Source of the DNA: Thermoprotei archaeon
GTDB taxonomy: Archaea; Thermoproteota; Thermoprotei; Gearchaeales; WAQG01
Direction: 5' to 3'
Assembly: GCA_049976445.1 (NCBI GenBank)
Contig: JBMFIF010000002.1
Coordinates: 5,115 to 69,114, forward strand
Length of the DNA: 64,000 bases
Position numbers and translations under genes: made by a program. The notes under the pieces were generated by a model. The model did not search any database and was not told the DNA's origin. It was given only the letters and a program-made list of their open reading frames with translations. This document shows positions 22,958 through 32,181 of this stretch, piece by piece. Position 1 is the stretch's first letter; each line of letters opens with the position of its first letter.

Positions 22958-23217
22958 GCATTAAAATACCATTGACACCAATCTCACACCCCACTGTAGG
23001 TGCATCAGGTAAGACTGGCTCATGGAGAACAACAAAACCCATCATTAATTATGATAAATGTAAAGATTGTCTTATATGCTGGATGTACTGCCCCGAAAGC
23101 TCCATAATAAGAACTGAGAAAGATAAAGTATTGATAGAATATGAATACTGTAAAGGTTGTGGAATATGTGCTAATGTCTGTCCATTTAAAGCTATTGATA
23201 TGGTTGAGGAGGAGTGA
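22954..23217 (+). CDS. porD: pyruvate/2-oxoacid:ferredoxin oxidoreductase delta subunit (2x[4Fe-4S] ferredoxin)
   Basis: 87 aa with two CxxCxxCxxxCP motifs (CKDCLICWMYCP, CKGCGICANVCP). A 4-nt overlap with porG. Confidence 0.8.
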   Translation: MSIKIPLTPISHPTVGASGKTGSWRTTKPIINYDKCKDCLICWMYCPESSIIRTEKDKVLIEYEYCKGCGICANVCPFKAIDMVEEE

Positions 23218-23220
23218 AAG

Positions 23221-24408
23221 ATGGCACAAACATTAGTCATAAATGGTAATCATGCAGCAGCCTATGGTGCAAAAGTTTCAAAAGTTCAGTTCATATCAGC
23301 ATACCCTATAACACCACAAACTGTTATAGTAGAACGATTAGCGCAAATGGTAGAAAGTGGTGAATTAAACGCAAAATTTATCAGAGTTGAGTCAGAACAC
23401 AGCGCACTCGCAGCATGCATAGGTGCCGCCTCAGCAGGACTTAGAACATTCACAGCAACATCCTCACATGGATTAGCATACATGCATGAAATGATCATTT
23501 GGGCTGCTGGTGCACGATTACCAATAGTAATGCCAGTAGTAACACGAGCTTTCGCACCACCATGGAGTATCTGGGATGAACACACAGACATACTATTAGA
23601 AAGAGATACCGGATGGATAGTATTTATGGCTGAAAACAATCAAGAAGTCTTCGATACAATAATACAAGCTTACAAGATTGCAGAAAACGAAAACGTTCTC
23701 TTACCAGTTATGATAGGAATGGATGCATTCATACTCTCACACACAACAACACCAGTCGAGATACCAGACCAAGAACTTATAGATAACTTCCTCACGCAAG
23801 AGAGCAAAAGACCATTTATCCTAGACCCAAACAACCCGATAACACATGGAAGCCTTACATACCCAGAATGGTATATGGAATTCAGATACCTTCTTTATAA
23901 AGCAATGATAAATGCAAAATCAGTAATAAAAGATACTTCAAACCAATGGGCAAAACTTACCGGAAAATACCATGGAGATCTGATAGATTGTTACAAGTGC
24001 GCAGATGCCGATGTAAACATAATAACAATAGGAGCACCATCCGGTGATGCAAAAGAGGCTGCTGACATACTTAGATCAGAAGGATATAGAACAGGTGTGA
24101 TAAGATTACGCGTGATAAGACCATTTCCATCAGAAGAACTTAGGCAAGCAGCACATAATTCAAAAGTTCTCATAGTAGTAGATAGAAACTTATCACCAGG
24201 AATAGGCGGAATACTATTAAACGAAGTAAAAGCAGCACTACAAACGATGAAAAAACAACCCTTAGTACATGGGTTCATAGCAGGATTAGGAGGACGCGAT
24301 ATAACACTCCAAAACTTTATATCAATGTTCAAGAGAGGTTACGAAATACTAGAAAAAGGTGAAGAGCCAGGTACAGAATGGATCAACCTTAGAAAGGAGG
24401 TGCTCTAA
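23221..24408 (+). CDS. porA: pyruvate/2-oxoacid:ferredoxin oxidoreductase alpha subunit
   Basis: 395 aa with a conserved N-terminal region (GNHAAAYGAKVSKVQFISAYPITPQT) and transketolase-like domains. Confidence 0.85.
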   Translation: MAQTLVINGNHAAAYGAKVSKVQFISAYPITPQTVIVERLAQMVESGELNAKFIRVESEHSALAACIGAASAGLRTFTATSSHGLAYMHEMIIWAAGARLPIVMPVVTRAFAPPWSIWDEHTDILLERDTGWIVFMAENNQEVFDTIIQAYKIAENENVLLPVMIGMDAFILSHTTTPVEIPDQELIDNFLTQESKRPFILDPNNPITHGSLTYPEWYMEFRYLLYKAMINAKSVIKDTSNQWAKLTGKYHGDLIDCYKCADADVNIITIGAPSGDAKEAADILRSEGYRTGVIRLRVIRPFPSEELRQAAHNSKVLIVVDRNLSPGIGGILLNEVKAALQTMKKQPLVHGFIAGLGGRDITLQNFISMFKRGYEILEKGEEPGTEWINLRKEVL

Positions 24409-25308
24409 ATTACATCAATAAGAGAAATTCCTAGAGAAGAATACCTATTACCAGGCACAGCAGCATGCCCAGGATGTGGTTTTACAATAGGATTAAGAAT
24501 GGCACTAAAAGCATTAGGACCAAAAGTAATAATGGTTGTACCAGCAGGATGCACCTCAATAATACAAAGCCCATATCCATACGTTTCTATAGGAGTACCA
24601 CTATTAAACATCGCATTTGCTGCAGCAGCATCAACAGCATCAGGAATAGCAGCAGCACTAGAATACAAAGGGGATAAGGAAACCACAGTCCTAGTATGGG
24701 CAGGAGATGGAGGAACAGCAGACATAGGAATACAAGCGCTCAGCGGAGCAGCAGAAAGGGGCGATAATTTCATTTACATATGCTATGACAATGAAGCATA
24801 CATGAATACTGGAATACAAAGAAGCGGAGCAACACCATTCGGAGCATGGACAACAACCACATGGACTGGCAAAAAAGAATTCAAAAAAGACATCCCCATG
24901 ATTATGGCAGCACATAAAATACCTTACATTGCAACAGCATCAATAGCATACCCAATAGACTTCTACGATAAACTAAAGAAAGCCAAAACATACAAAGGAT
25001 TAAAATACTTACACATACACGCACCATGTCCACCAGGCTGGAAAATCCCAACAGACAAAACAGTAGAAATAGCAAAACTCGCAGTAGAAACAGGATTATG
25101 GGTACTCTACGAAATAGAAAACGGAGAGTTTAGACTCACAGGCCCTAGCAAAATACTCATAGACAAAAACAGAAGAAAATCAATAGAACAATACATCAAA
25201 ATACAAGGAAGATTCTCACACATGACAGACGAAGATATAAAAACACTCCAAGAATGGATAGATAAACAATGGGAACAATATACAGAAATGCTTAAACAAC
25301 GAAAATAA
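24409..25308 (+). CDS. porB: pyruvate/2-oxoacid:ferredoxin oxidoreductase beta subunit (TPP/Fe-S); non-ATG start
   Basis: The conserved N-terminus IPREEYLLPGTAACPGCG lies upstream of the first ATG (24499). It is in frame with, and immediately after, the porA TAA stop. The only candidate starts are ATT (24409) and ATA (24418). The GDGG TPP motif is present. Confidence 0.75.
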   Translation: MTSIREIPREEYLLPGTAACPGCGFTIGLRMALKALGPKVIMVVPAGCTSIIQSPYPYVSIGVPLLNIAFAAAASTASGIAAALEYKGDKETTVLVWAGDGGTADIGIQALSGAAERGDNFIYICYDNEAYMNTGIQRSGATPFGAWTTTTWTGKKEFKKDIPMIMAAHKIPYIATASIAYPIDFYDKLKKAKTYKGLKYLHIHAPCPPGWKIPTDKTVEIAKLAVETGLWVLYEIENGEFRLTGPSKILIDKNRRKSIEQYIKIQGRFSHMTDEDIKTLQEWIDKQWEQYTEMLKQRK

Positions 25309-25571
25309 ACAAATAACTGACAAAACAATACAGAAACATCACAATGAGTTATCTAAATATATAGCCCATGCATTAACGAGCTGGCTTCATCTGCTGGTTC
25401 AGGGAGTGTCACGATTTCCTCGTCACATAGAGAATGCAACACTGAAAAACATGCTAAACGTTGGAACCTTGAACCGTAAGGTGTGCTTTCAACAAACGGA
25501 TTGGAGAACGACCAATGAAGCCTAACCGAAGAAAAAGCTGGAAGCTCTCAACTTAAGTCGAGGAGAGGACG

Positions 25572-25952
25572 TTACATACTAAGACTTAATAATGTTAATT
25601 CATCAATTGTTTGATTAAACAATGCCTCATAAAGACCAGCGACCCTCTCTAAAATAATAATACCTTTAGTTAACACGTTATACCTAAACTTTACTTGCAA
25701 CTCATCTATTGGAACAACATCAAAAGGAATTCTTAAAAACTCTTCTAATCTAGCAGAAAGTAATGCATAATATTTAAACTCCTTATTCATAGAATAAATG
25801 GCAATATCAACATCCCTAAAACTTTTTAACTCCACAAAACTACCAAATATGATTGCTAGAAGCACATCTTTTTCACTCTCAAAAAACTCTCTAATGGAAT
25901 TCATGACAGTTTTCTTATCAATCCTATAATACTTAAATCTTGAAAGCATCAC
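25572..25952 (-). CDS. minimal nucleotidyltransferase (MNT/MntA-like antitoxin)
   Basis: 126 aa with GSFVELKSFRDVDIAIY, matching GSx9-10(D/E)xD. Confidence 0.7.
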   Translation of the reverse strand: MMLSRFKYYRIDKKTVMNSIREFFESEKDVLLAIIFGSFVELKSFRDVDIAIYSMNKEFKYYALLSARLEEFLRIPFDVVPIDELQVKFRYNVLTKGIIILERVAGLYEALFNQTIDELTLLSLSM

Positions 25953-26355
25953 TAATCCTCCTAATAAAATTCATAACATTAACAAAATCACTTCTAATAT
26001 TCTCATATATCTTCTCGTCAATAATAATCCAATATCTATGAACAAGTAAATTTCGCAACTTAAACATGCTCACAAAATCCTTATACTCTTCATCAATCAA
26101 AAGACCCTTATCTCTTAAAATATTTAAGGCATGAATTGAAGATTCAGGTTCAACATTATAAAATCTCCTAACAATGTGAAGAGCTAAAGCACTCAAAGCT
26201 TCAGCAATCACAATGATATGATATCTAACTGCATACCTCTCAGTAAGACTTATTTCTTCAAACGACTTACTAACATAATCACTAATAATATTTATAGATT
26301 CCATAATATCTTTAATAAGTTTCTTAATAAAATCTCTATTAACATCCACTCTCAA
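25933..26355 (-). CDS. HEPN domain protein (DUF86/HepT-like toxin)
   Basis: 140 aa with the RNLLVHRY R-x4-H-x-Y HEPN motif. A 20-nt overlap with the downstream MNT gene. Confidence 0.7.
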   Translation of the reverse strand: MRVDVNRDFIKKLIKDIMESINIISDYVSKSFEEISLTERYAVRYHIIVIAEALSALALHIVRRFYNVEPESSIHALNILRDKGLLIDEEYKDFVSMFKLRNLLVHRYWIIIDEKIYENIRSDFVNVMNFIRRISDAFKI

Positions 26356-26430
26356 TTCACTCCAAGAAAACTAAGAAACCACAATTTAAAAAGATATTCA
26401 ACAAACTCTCATAAAAACCAAAATAAATAA

Positions 26431-26601
26431 AAATTAACGGGAATAAGCAAGACGCTCATACAAAAAAGAAGAAAACCAACAGAGCAATACATAAAGATAC
26501 AAGGCGTGTTCTCAAGCATGACTAATGATAAAAGAAGGACAAACTTCACCCTTCAGGGTGGAGTAAATTTAAATACTCAGACACACTATACTCTACAGTA
26601 G
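26431..26601 (+). pseudogene. remnant of a second porB 3' end fused to a repeat element
   Basis: Translation LTGISKTLIQKRRKPTEQYIKIQGVFSSMT.. aligns with the intact porB C-terminus LTGPSKILIDKNRRKSIEQYIKIQGRFSHMT... There is no start, and a stop lies immediately upstream. Confidence 0.5.
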
Positions 26602-26645
26602 CACCCATAAAGGGGTGTAACCCTCAAGACCTCGGGGAACCCTCG

Positions 26646-26672
26646 CACCTTCAGGGCGGGGAAGAGGTCAGA
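26646..26672 (+). repeat. partial copy of a ~49-nt repeat element (caccttcagggcggggaagaggtcaga)
   Basis: It matches the 3' half of the full copy at 35194-35242 (inverted). The 5' half occurs at 26523-26563. Confidence 0.5.
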
Positions 26673-26983
26673 CAAAAATTTAACTATCAATAAAATAATT
26701 AACAATTTTTGAAATATAATATTATTTTGTTATCCTGAATATCCTGCTGTGAGTATAAATAAGTATGTGCTGTTTGTATTAGTTATTATGACTAATGTAT
26801 GATTGCTATTGACCTGTTGTGGTCCTACATCGGCATAAAGTGTTATTAATGTTTTTGGTGTTACGGATTGGGAGTCTTGTCGAATATTATAATATCTGTA
26901 CGGTGGAAATATTATATCGTTTGTGGGTATGTTTGGTATATTTTGGGATGCGTTAGAAGTGTAAATTCTAGTTCTCATGATAA

Positions 26984-28093
26984 CTAAATGAGTTCGTTAA
27001 TTTTAGTAGTAAGTCTTTTATATTCATCTTCAATTTTAAGTGCTAGTTCATCTGGGTTTAATTTCATCTTTATTTGTGCTATTAATGCTGTTCCGCCTGC
27101 TCCTACTCCTTCCTTCACATAACCATTTTCGTACGCTTTAAGTCCATAAAATTTTGATTTCGAAAAATTTAGTGTTGTGGCAATTATTGGTATTTTTTCG
27201 ATTTGGCTTACTAAACCTATAATATCGGAACTCCTGTCTTCTATAATCCATTTAGTGGTTCCAATTGCTACCTTGTCTAAATTAATATTCTTATGTTTCA
27301 ATAGTGCTAGCACTGAAGACATTTGAGTTCCACCGGCTAATAATACATGAGAGTTTATTTTTACTATGCCCTCAGTTAATCCTGCCATAGCTATCATCAC
27401 AGGATCACCAACTTTGCTCGCAGCAAGTAAAGGATTTTCTTTAGCTTGCTTGATACTTAGGTTAGCATTTTTTAAGCTCTCCTCAGCTATCCTTATTTTT
27501 AGATCATGCGGGTTATTAGCATCTGCACTACTTATTTTGTATCTAGCGTCATAACCAAGGGCTAAGAGAAAAGTTAGAGTGGTTGTAGTGCCACCTGGTA
27601 TACTTTCACCGATGAGAACAGTATCAGCTAATAATCCCAACTCTTTACCAAAAAGTTTAGCATTTTCATATATTGTGATCGCATCATCATATTTCATGGC
27701 GTTTCCAGTCCTTATATCATTACCGACAACACCACCTACATCTATGAAAGGAACTTTAGGTTTTACATAACAACCAGCGTTTACTACAAAGAAGGGTATG
27801 TTGAGTAGTTGTAATACTGTCCTAGTTATTATTGCGGGTGTTGGAATACCATCAGGCGTTGTTGGTATTACGTTGAAACTGATAACCTTACCATAAAAAA
27901 GATACTCTATATCACCAGTCGGAGTATATAGTGTTGCTTCGGGGTTAGCCCCAGCTATACTAAGACCAGGAATTTTTGATGTTAATGTTGATCCTATTAC
28001 ATAGACAGCTAGCAGGTTAGATTTTTCTATACGTTTAGTGAATTGTTCTCCTTTTTCAGGCATGTACGCATACATAATACTCATACAAACCAC
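26984..28093 (-). CDS. cobT: CobT-like protein (archaeal nicotinate-nucleotide--dimethylbenzimidazole phosphoribosyltransferase family, UPF0284-type)
   Basis: 369 aa. GESIPGGTTT parallels the bacterial CobT GEMGIGNTT motif. It sits within the cobalamin salvage/transport locus. Confidence 0.45.
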   Translation of the reverse strand: MVCMSIMYAYMPEKGEQFTKRIEKSNLLAVYVIGSTLTSKIPGLSIAGANPEATLYTPTGDIEYLFYGKVISFNVIPTTPDGIPTPAIITRTVLQLLNIPFFVVNAGCYVKPKVPFIDVGGVVGNDIRTGNAMKYDDAITIYENAKLFGKELGLLADTVLIGESIPGGTTTTLTFLLALGYDARYKISSADANNPHDLKIRIAEESLKNANLSIKQAKENPLLAASKVGDPVMIAMAGLTEGIVKINSHVLLAGGTQMSSVLALLKHKNINLDKVAIGTTKWIIEDRSSDIIGLVSQIEKIPIIATTLNFSKSKFYGLKAYENGYVKEGVGAGGTALIAQIKMKLNPDELALKIEDEYKRLTTKINELI

Positions 28094-29035
28094 CTAAACA
28101 GGATATGCTCCACATGTTCTACAATATTTTGAATCCGCTGGCACTCCAGCACCACAAAATGAGCATCTTTTTTCATTAGATTTGGGTTTAGGTATATTAC
28201 CGATAATCTCTTTGAACAATTTATAATAATATGCCTGTTCATAATCTCTTAGAATTATTTCTTTGCCCAATTTTTCGAACTCTTCTTTATTAATCATTTT
28301 ACTAATTATCTGTGTGAGGGTTGTGGAACCACTGCCAATTTCGATGGGATCTTTAGTTCTCCATACAATTTCGTCAGGTAGTAATCCTTCTATTGCTTTT
28401 CTGACAATCCATTTTCCATAAATACTGTTTCTTTCTTCATGAACCTTAAATTCAGGAGGAATGCTCAATGCAAAATCCACGAATTCACGATCAATATAAG
28501 GTTGTTCAATCTTTAACCCTAGGCTTTCACCTAGAGGAACAGCTGAAAAGAACCAACGTTCTGATAATTCTTTAATATATTTTTCAAGTTCTTGTGGTTT
28601 CATTTTATACATGTATGAGTAGCCGGCAAACAATTCATCACCACCATCACCTGTTACTATTGATTTGAGACCTAGCTGTTTCGCATAGGATAGTGCTATA
28701 TAAATTGTAATACTATTACGTATTTCCATCGGATCAAAAGTCCTAAGCACGTGAATGACATTTCTAACAGCCTCAAGGGCTTCATCCAATTTGAATATTT
28801 TTATCTTATGATCAAACCCTAAAAATTCTGTTACACGCTTAGAATAATAAAGATCAGGCCCAGGATTTTGTTCAAAAATTGCAGTAATAGCAACCGGTTT
28901 TAGGTTTTTCATTAAAAAGGCTAAAACACTGGTGTCAAGACCCCCAGAAAGAAGTATTGCTTCTCCTTGATGTCTTTTGACTGAAGCTTCCAGCTTATTA
29001 AGAAGTTCTTTTGTTAAAATATTCACTGTAATCAT
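28094..29035 (-). CDS. PP-loop ATPase, asparagine synthase C-terminal-domain-like, with C-terminal zinc ribbon
   Basis: 313 aa with a SGGLDTS PP-loop and a C-terminal CSFCG...CRTCG. Confidence 0.5.
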   Translation of the reverse strand: MITVNILTKELLNKLEASVKRHQGEAILLSGGLDTSVLAFLMKNLKPVAITAIFEQNPGPDLYYSKRVTEFLGFDHKIKIFKLDEALEAVRNVIHVLRTFDPMEIRNSITIYIALSYAKQLGLKSIVTGDGGDELFAGYSYMYKMKPQELEKYIKELSERWFFSAVPLGESLGLKIEQPYIDREFVDFALSIPPEFKVHEERNSIYGKWIVRKAIEGLLPDEIVWRTKDPIEIGSGSTTLTQIISKMINKEEFEKLGKEIILRDYEQAYYYKLFKEIIGNIPKPKSNEKRCSFCGAGVPADSKYCRTCGAYPV

Positions 29036-29036
29036 A

Positions 29037-29139
29037 TGGTTGGATTATCCAATCAAGTATTTAAACTTTTTGTATCCTCATGAAGATTAAACAATATGTC
29101 AGAAACGTTAGCTTTAAATTCTTTGGTTGGATTATCCAG
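29037..29139. promoter_or_regulatory. direct repeat of the palindromic motif tGGTTGGATTATCCA in a divergent promoter
   Basis: Copies at 29037-29052 and 29124-29139, 15/16 identical, with core TGGAT-T-ATCCA palindromic. One copy abuts the start of the minus-strand gene. The other overlaps the TTG start of the binding-protein gene. Confidence 0.4.
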
Positions 29140-30383
29140 ACTTGGTGAATAACTTGAGTGATAGGAATACTCGTTACTTATTAAGTCTAATAATTATAAT
29201 AGTGATAGTACTGGGAGTTACTATACCTCTTTATATGGAAATTAATTCTTTAAGAGATGAAATTTCTAGATTACGTAATGATATATCAGCACTTAGTTTA
29301 AGTTCTAAGCAACTTACCTCACAGTTTAATAGTAGTCTCACACAATTAAATGCAGCTTATAAGAGCCTTGAAGATAGGTATAATAAATTATTTCAACAGT
29401 ATTCATCATTGTCTGAAAGTATTAAGTATCCTTTTACAATTACTGATGCTCTTGGAAGAACTGTAACGATAGTTTCAAGGCCAGTTCGAGTTATAAGTAC
29501 GGCACCTAGTGTGACAGAAATGCTTTTTGCTATAAATGCAGAAAAACTTATTGTAGGTGTTGATAAGTATTCAGATTATCCGCCTACAGTAAAAGATTTA
29601 GTTAAAAATAGTACAATTAAGCTGGTTGGTGGTTTTTCGACTGTTGATGTGGAGGCTATTGTAGCACTAAAGCCTGATATTGTATTTATGACACCGGGCG
29701 TGCAAACACCTTTCGTATATAGGTTAGCAGAACTTGGACTAACCGTCGTCGCTTTAAAGGAAGATAGTATATCGGATGTGTTTGATTCGATAATGCTCGT
29801 AGGGAGAATTCTTGATAAGATTGATGGGGCATTAAACGTTGTCGCATCTATGAAGTCTAAAATCACTTATGCGTTCTCAAAGGTTGAGAATTATATTAAA
29901 TCTGTTAATATTACAAGGGTTAAAGTGTATTGGGAAGTATGGCCTGAACCAATATATACCGTTGGTTCACAAAATTTTATAAATGATATAATTACACTAG
30001 CAGGAGGGGTTAATATTTTTGGTGATATAAAATCAGGCTATCCAGTCGTAAGTTCTGAGGAAGTTATAAACAAAACTCCTGATGTTATAATAACAACTGA
30101 TCATGGTGGGGTTTATGGATCGCCACAGGATGTATTAAATATGATCAGGAATAGAACTGGATGGAATGTAATACCAGCTATAAAAAGTAATAGAGTTTAT
30201 GTGTTAACGGGCCAGTTTGGGTCTATGTTTATAAGGCCTGGTCCAAGAGTTGCAGATGCAATTCTTCAACTTGCCGTAATATTATATCCTGAGGCATTTG
30301 GTATGAGTAAAATCATGATACCGAACATAATAAGCACATCGTTTAACGTTACAACATATATTAGTTTGTTAATTGTTTCATAA
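29127..30383 (+). CDS. ABC transporter substrate-binding protein, class III (BtuF/FecB-like), membrane anchored
   Basis: 418 aa with a TTG start. An N-terminal TM helix and coiled-coil linker precede a periplasmic-binding-protein fold (TAPSVTEMLFAI...IVGVD), and the C-terminus is hydrophobic. Confidence 0.6.
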   Translation: MDYPDLVNNLSDRNTRYLLSLIIIIVIVLGVTIPLYMEINSLRDEISRLRNDISALSLSSKQLTSQFNSSLTQLNAAYKSLEDRYNKLFQQYSSLSESIKYPFTITDALGRTVTIVSRPVRVISTAPSVTEMLFAINAEKLIVGVDKYSDYPPTVKDLVKNSTIKLVGGFSTVDVEAIVALKPDIVFMTPGVQTPFVYRLAELGLTVVALKEDSISDVFDSIMLVGRILDKIDGALNVVASMKSKITYAFSKVENYIKSVNITRVKVYWEVWPEPIYTVGSQNFINDIITLAGGVNIFGDIKSGYPVVSSEEVINKTPDVIITTDHGGVYGSPQDVLNMIRNRTGWNVIPAIKSNRVYVLTGQFGSMFIRPGPRVADAILQLAVILYPEAFGMSKIMIPNIISTSFNVTTYISLLIVS

Positions 30384-31410
30384 TACAATGAGCAGTAATT
30401 ATATACAAAGGAGATATTCCCGCCTTATTTTTTCTGTTATTGTTCTAATCATGTTAGTAGGAGTTTTAAGTATATTATCCATTAGTGTTGGTTCTGCGTT
30501 TATAAATCTGCCGGAATCTTTAAAAGCTTTGGTTGATTCTGATAACGTTGATGTATATACAAGAATTATAATATGGGAGATTAGAGTTCCTAGGACATTA
30601 AGCGCTATTTTTATAGGAATGTTGATGGCTTTAGCTGGGCTTTTTATGCAGACTGTTACTCTGAATCCTCTTGCTGATCCTTATTTAACAGGTATGGCTT
30701 CTGGTGCACTGTTAGGTGTTAGTATAACTATTGTGCTTTCACCTTTAATCGTTAGTCCTTATGTTATAGTTATCTCAGCGTTCTTTGGAGCCTTGTGCGC
30801 CATGATATTAACACTTCTAATTGCAAGTAAATTTCGCTTAGATCCAATAGGACTCATACTGGGAGGTGTTGCAGTCTCTATGATTTTTTACTCATTTTCT
30901 GCGATACTTCAGTTTATTGGAGGTGAAAAGATGGTTATGATAATTATATGGAGTCTTGGAAGCTTGAGTACTGCATCATGGTCAAGAACATGGTTTACTG
31001 GCATTACTGCAATAATTCTTATACCCCTTTCTATAATTATGTACAAATCGTTGAATGCTTTATTACTTGGTGATGAGAATGCACAAAGTATTGGTGTAAG
31101 TCCGAAGTTAACACGATCATTTTCCTTGCTAATATCCTCAATTGCCACGGCAATCTCAGTGTCAATGTTTGGTGTGATAGGCTTTGTTGGATTAGTAGCA
31201 CCTCATTTAGCACGTCTCGCATTAAGGAGCGGTGATCATTTAATAGTCATACCAGTCACATGTCTTGTTGGATCCGCTATCATGCTTTTAAGTGATGTGA
31301 TAGCTAGAATAATAGGTTCTCCTGGAGAATTTCCGTTAACTCCTATAATGAGTTTAATTGGTGCTCCGCTACTTATTTATTTAATGAGTAGGAGGTTTAA
31401 AAATGGTTAA
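30373..31410 (+). CDS. ABC transporter permease, FecCD/BtuC family
   Basis: 345 aa and polytopic with FecCD-type conserved regions. An 11-nt overlap with the upstream gene. Confidence 0.75.
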   Translation: MFHNTMSSNYIQRRYSRLIFSVIVLIMLVGVLSILSISVGSAFINLPESLKALVDSDNVDVYTRIIIWEIRVPRTLSAIFIGMLMALAGLFMQTVTLNPLADPYLTGMASGALLGVSITIVLSPLIVSPYVIVISAFFGALCAMILTLLIASKFRLDPIGLILGGVAVSMIFYSFSAILQFIGGEKMVMIIIWSLGSLSTASWSRTWFTGITAIILIPLSIIMYKSLNALLLGDENAQSIGVSPKLTRSFSLLISSIATAISVSMFGVIGFVGLVAPHLARLALRSGDHLIVIPVTCLVGSAIMLLSDVIARIIGSPGEFPLTPIMSLIGAPLLIYLMSRRFKNG

Positions 31411-32179
31411 ACTAATCATAGATAATCTTTCTGTTAATTATGGTTCAATAAAAGCATTAGAAGATATTAGTATAAAACTTGACAAAGGCATGATGGTATC
31501 AATAATAGGACCTAACGGTTCTGGAAAGACAACACTTCTCAGATCTATAGCAAGAATAGTAAAACCAGTAAAAGGTGTAATCTATATTGATGGAAAAAAT
31601 ACTAACGAACTATCATTAAAAGATCTAGCTCATCATGTATCATACACATCTACATTGAAAGTAAAAGAGGGTTTTGAACTCACAGTGGGCGATATAGTTT
31701 TTATGGGTAGATATCCAAGAACTGGATTTATGATGAGTCATACTGATGAAAGAATTGTGAACGATGTATTAAATAAGTTTCGCATTACTCATTTAATGAA
31801 TAGAAAAATAGATGAGCTTAGCGATGGTGAACGGCAAAAAACCTTTTTAGCAAGAGCCTTAGCTCAAGAATCAGAAATAATACTTGTAGATGAACCATTA
31901 GCGCATCTTGATCTAAAAGCACAACTTGAAGTCTTAAAAATACTTAAAAATGAAGCAAACGATGGAAAGCTTGTAATAATGACCTCACACGAGATAGACT
32001 TACCGATTAAATACAGTGATGTATTAATAGTAATGAAAAAAGGAGAAATATTAGCAGCAGGAAAACCTAATGAAATACTAACAGAAAAAATAATAGAAAA
32101 TGCTTATGGTGTTAAATGTCGTATAATCAAAGATAAAGAATATTCACTTATAGTACTTCTTGACACACTCAGTGATTAG
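31403..32179 (+). CDS. ABC transporter ATP-binding protein (BtuD/FepC-like)
   Basis: 258 aa with Walker A GPNGSGKTT, signature LSDGERQ and Walker B ILVDEP. Confidence 0.75.
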   Translation: MVKLIIDNLSVNYGSIKALEDISIKLDKGMMVSIIGPNGSGKTTLLRSIARIVKPVKGVIYIDGKNTNELSLKDLAHHVSYTSTLKVKEGFELTVGDIVFMGRYPRTGFMMSHTDERIVNDVLNKFRITHLMNRKIDELSDGERQKTFLARALAQESEIILVDEPLAHLDLKAQLEVLKILKNEANDGKLVIMTSHEIDLPIKYSDVLIVMKKGEILAAGKPNEILTEKIIENAYGVKCRIIKDKEYSLIVLLDTLSD

Positions 32180-32181
32180 TA

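Noticed and set aside
25311-26700. tRNA genes in the GC-rich islands
   Set aside because: No acceptor-stem plus T-loop (GGTTCRANYCC with complementary flanks) arrangement could be found. The ggttcaggg at about 25410 lacks a pairing partner.
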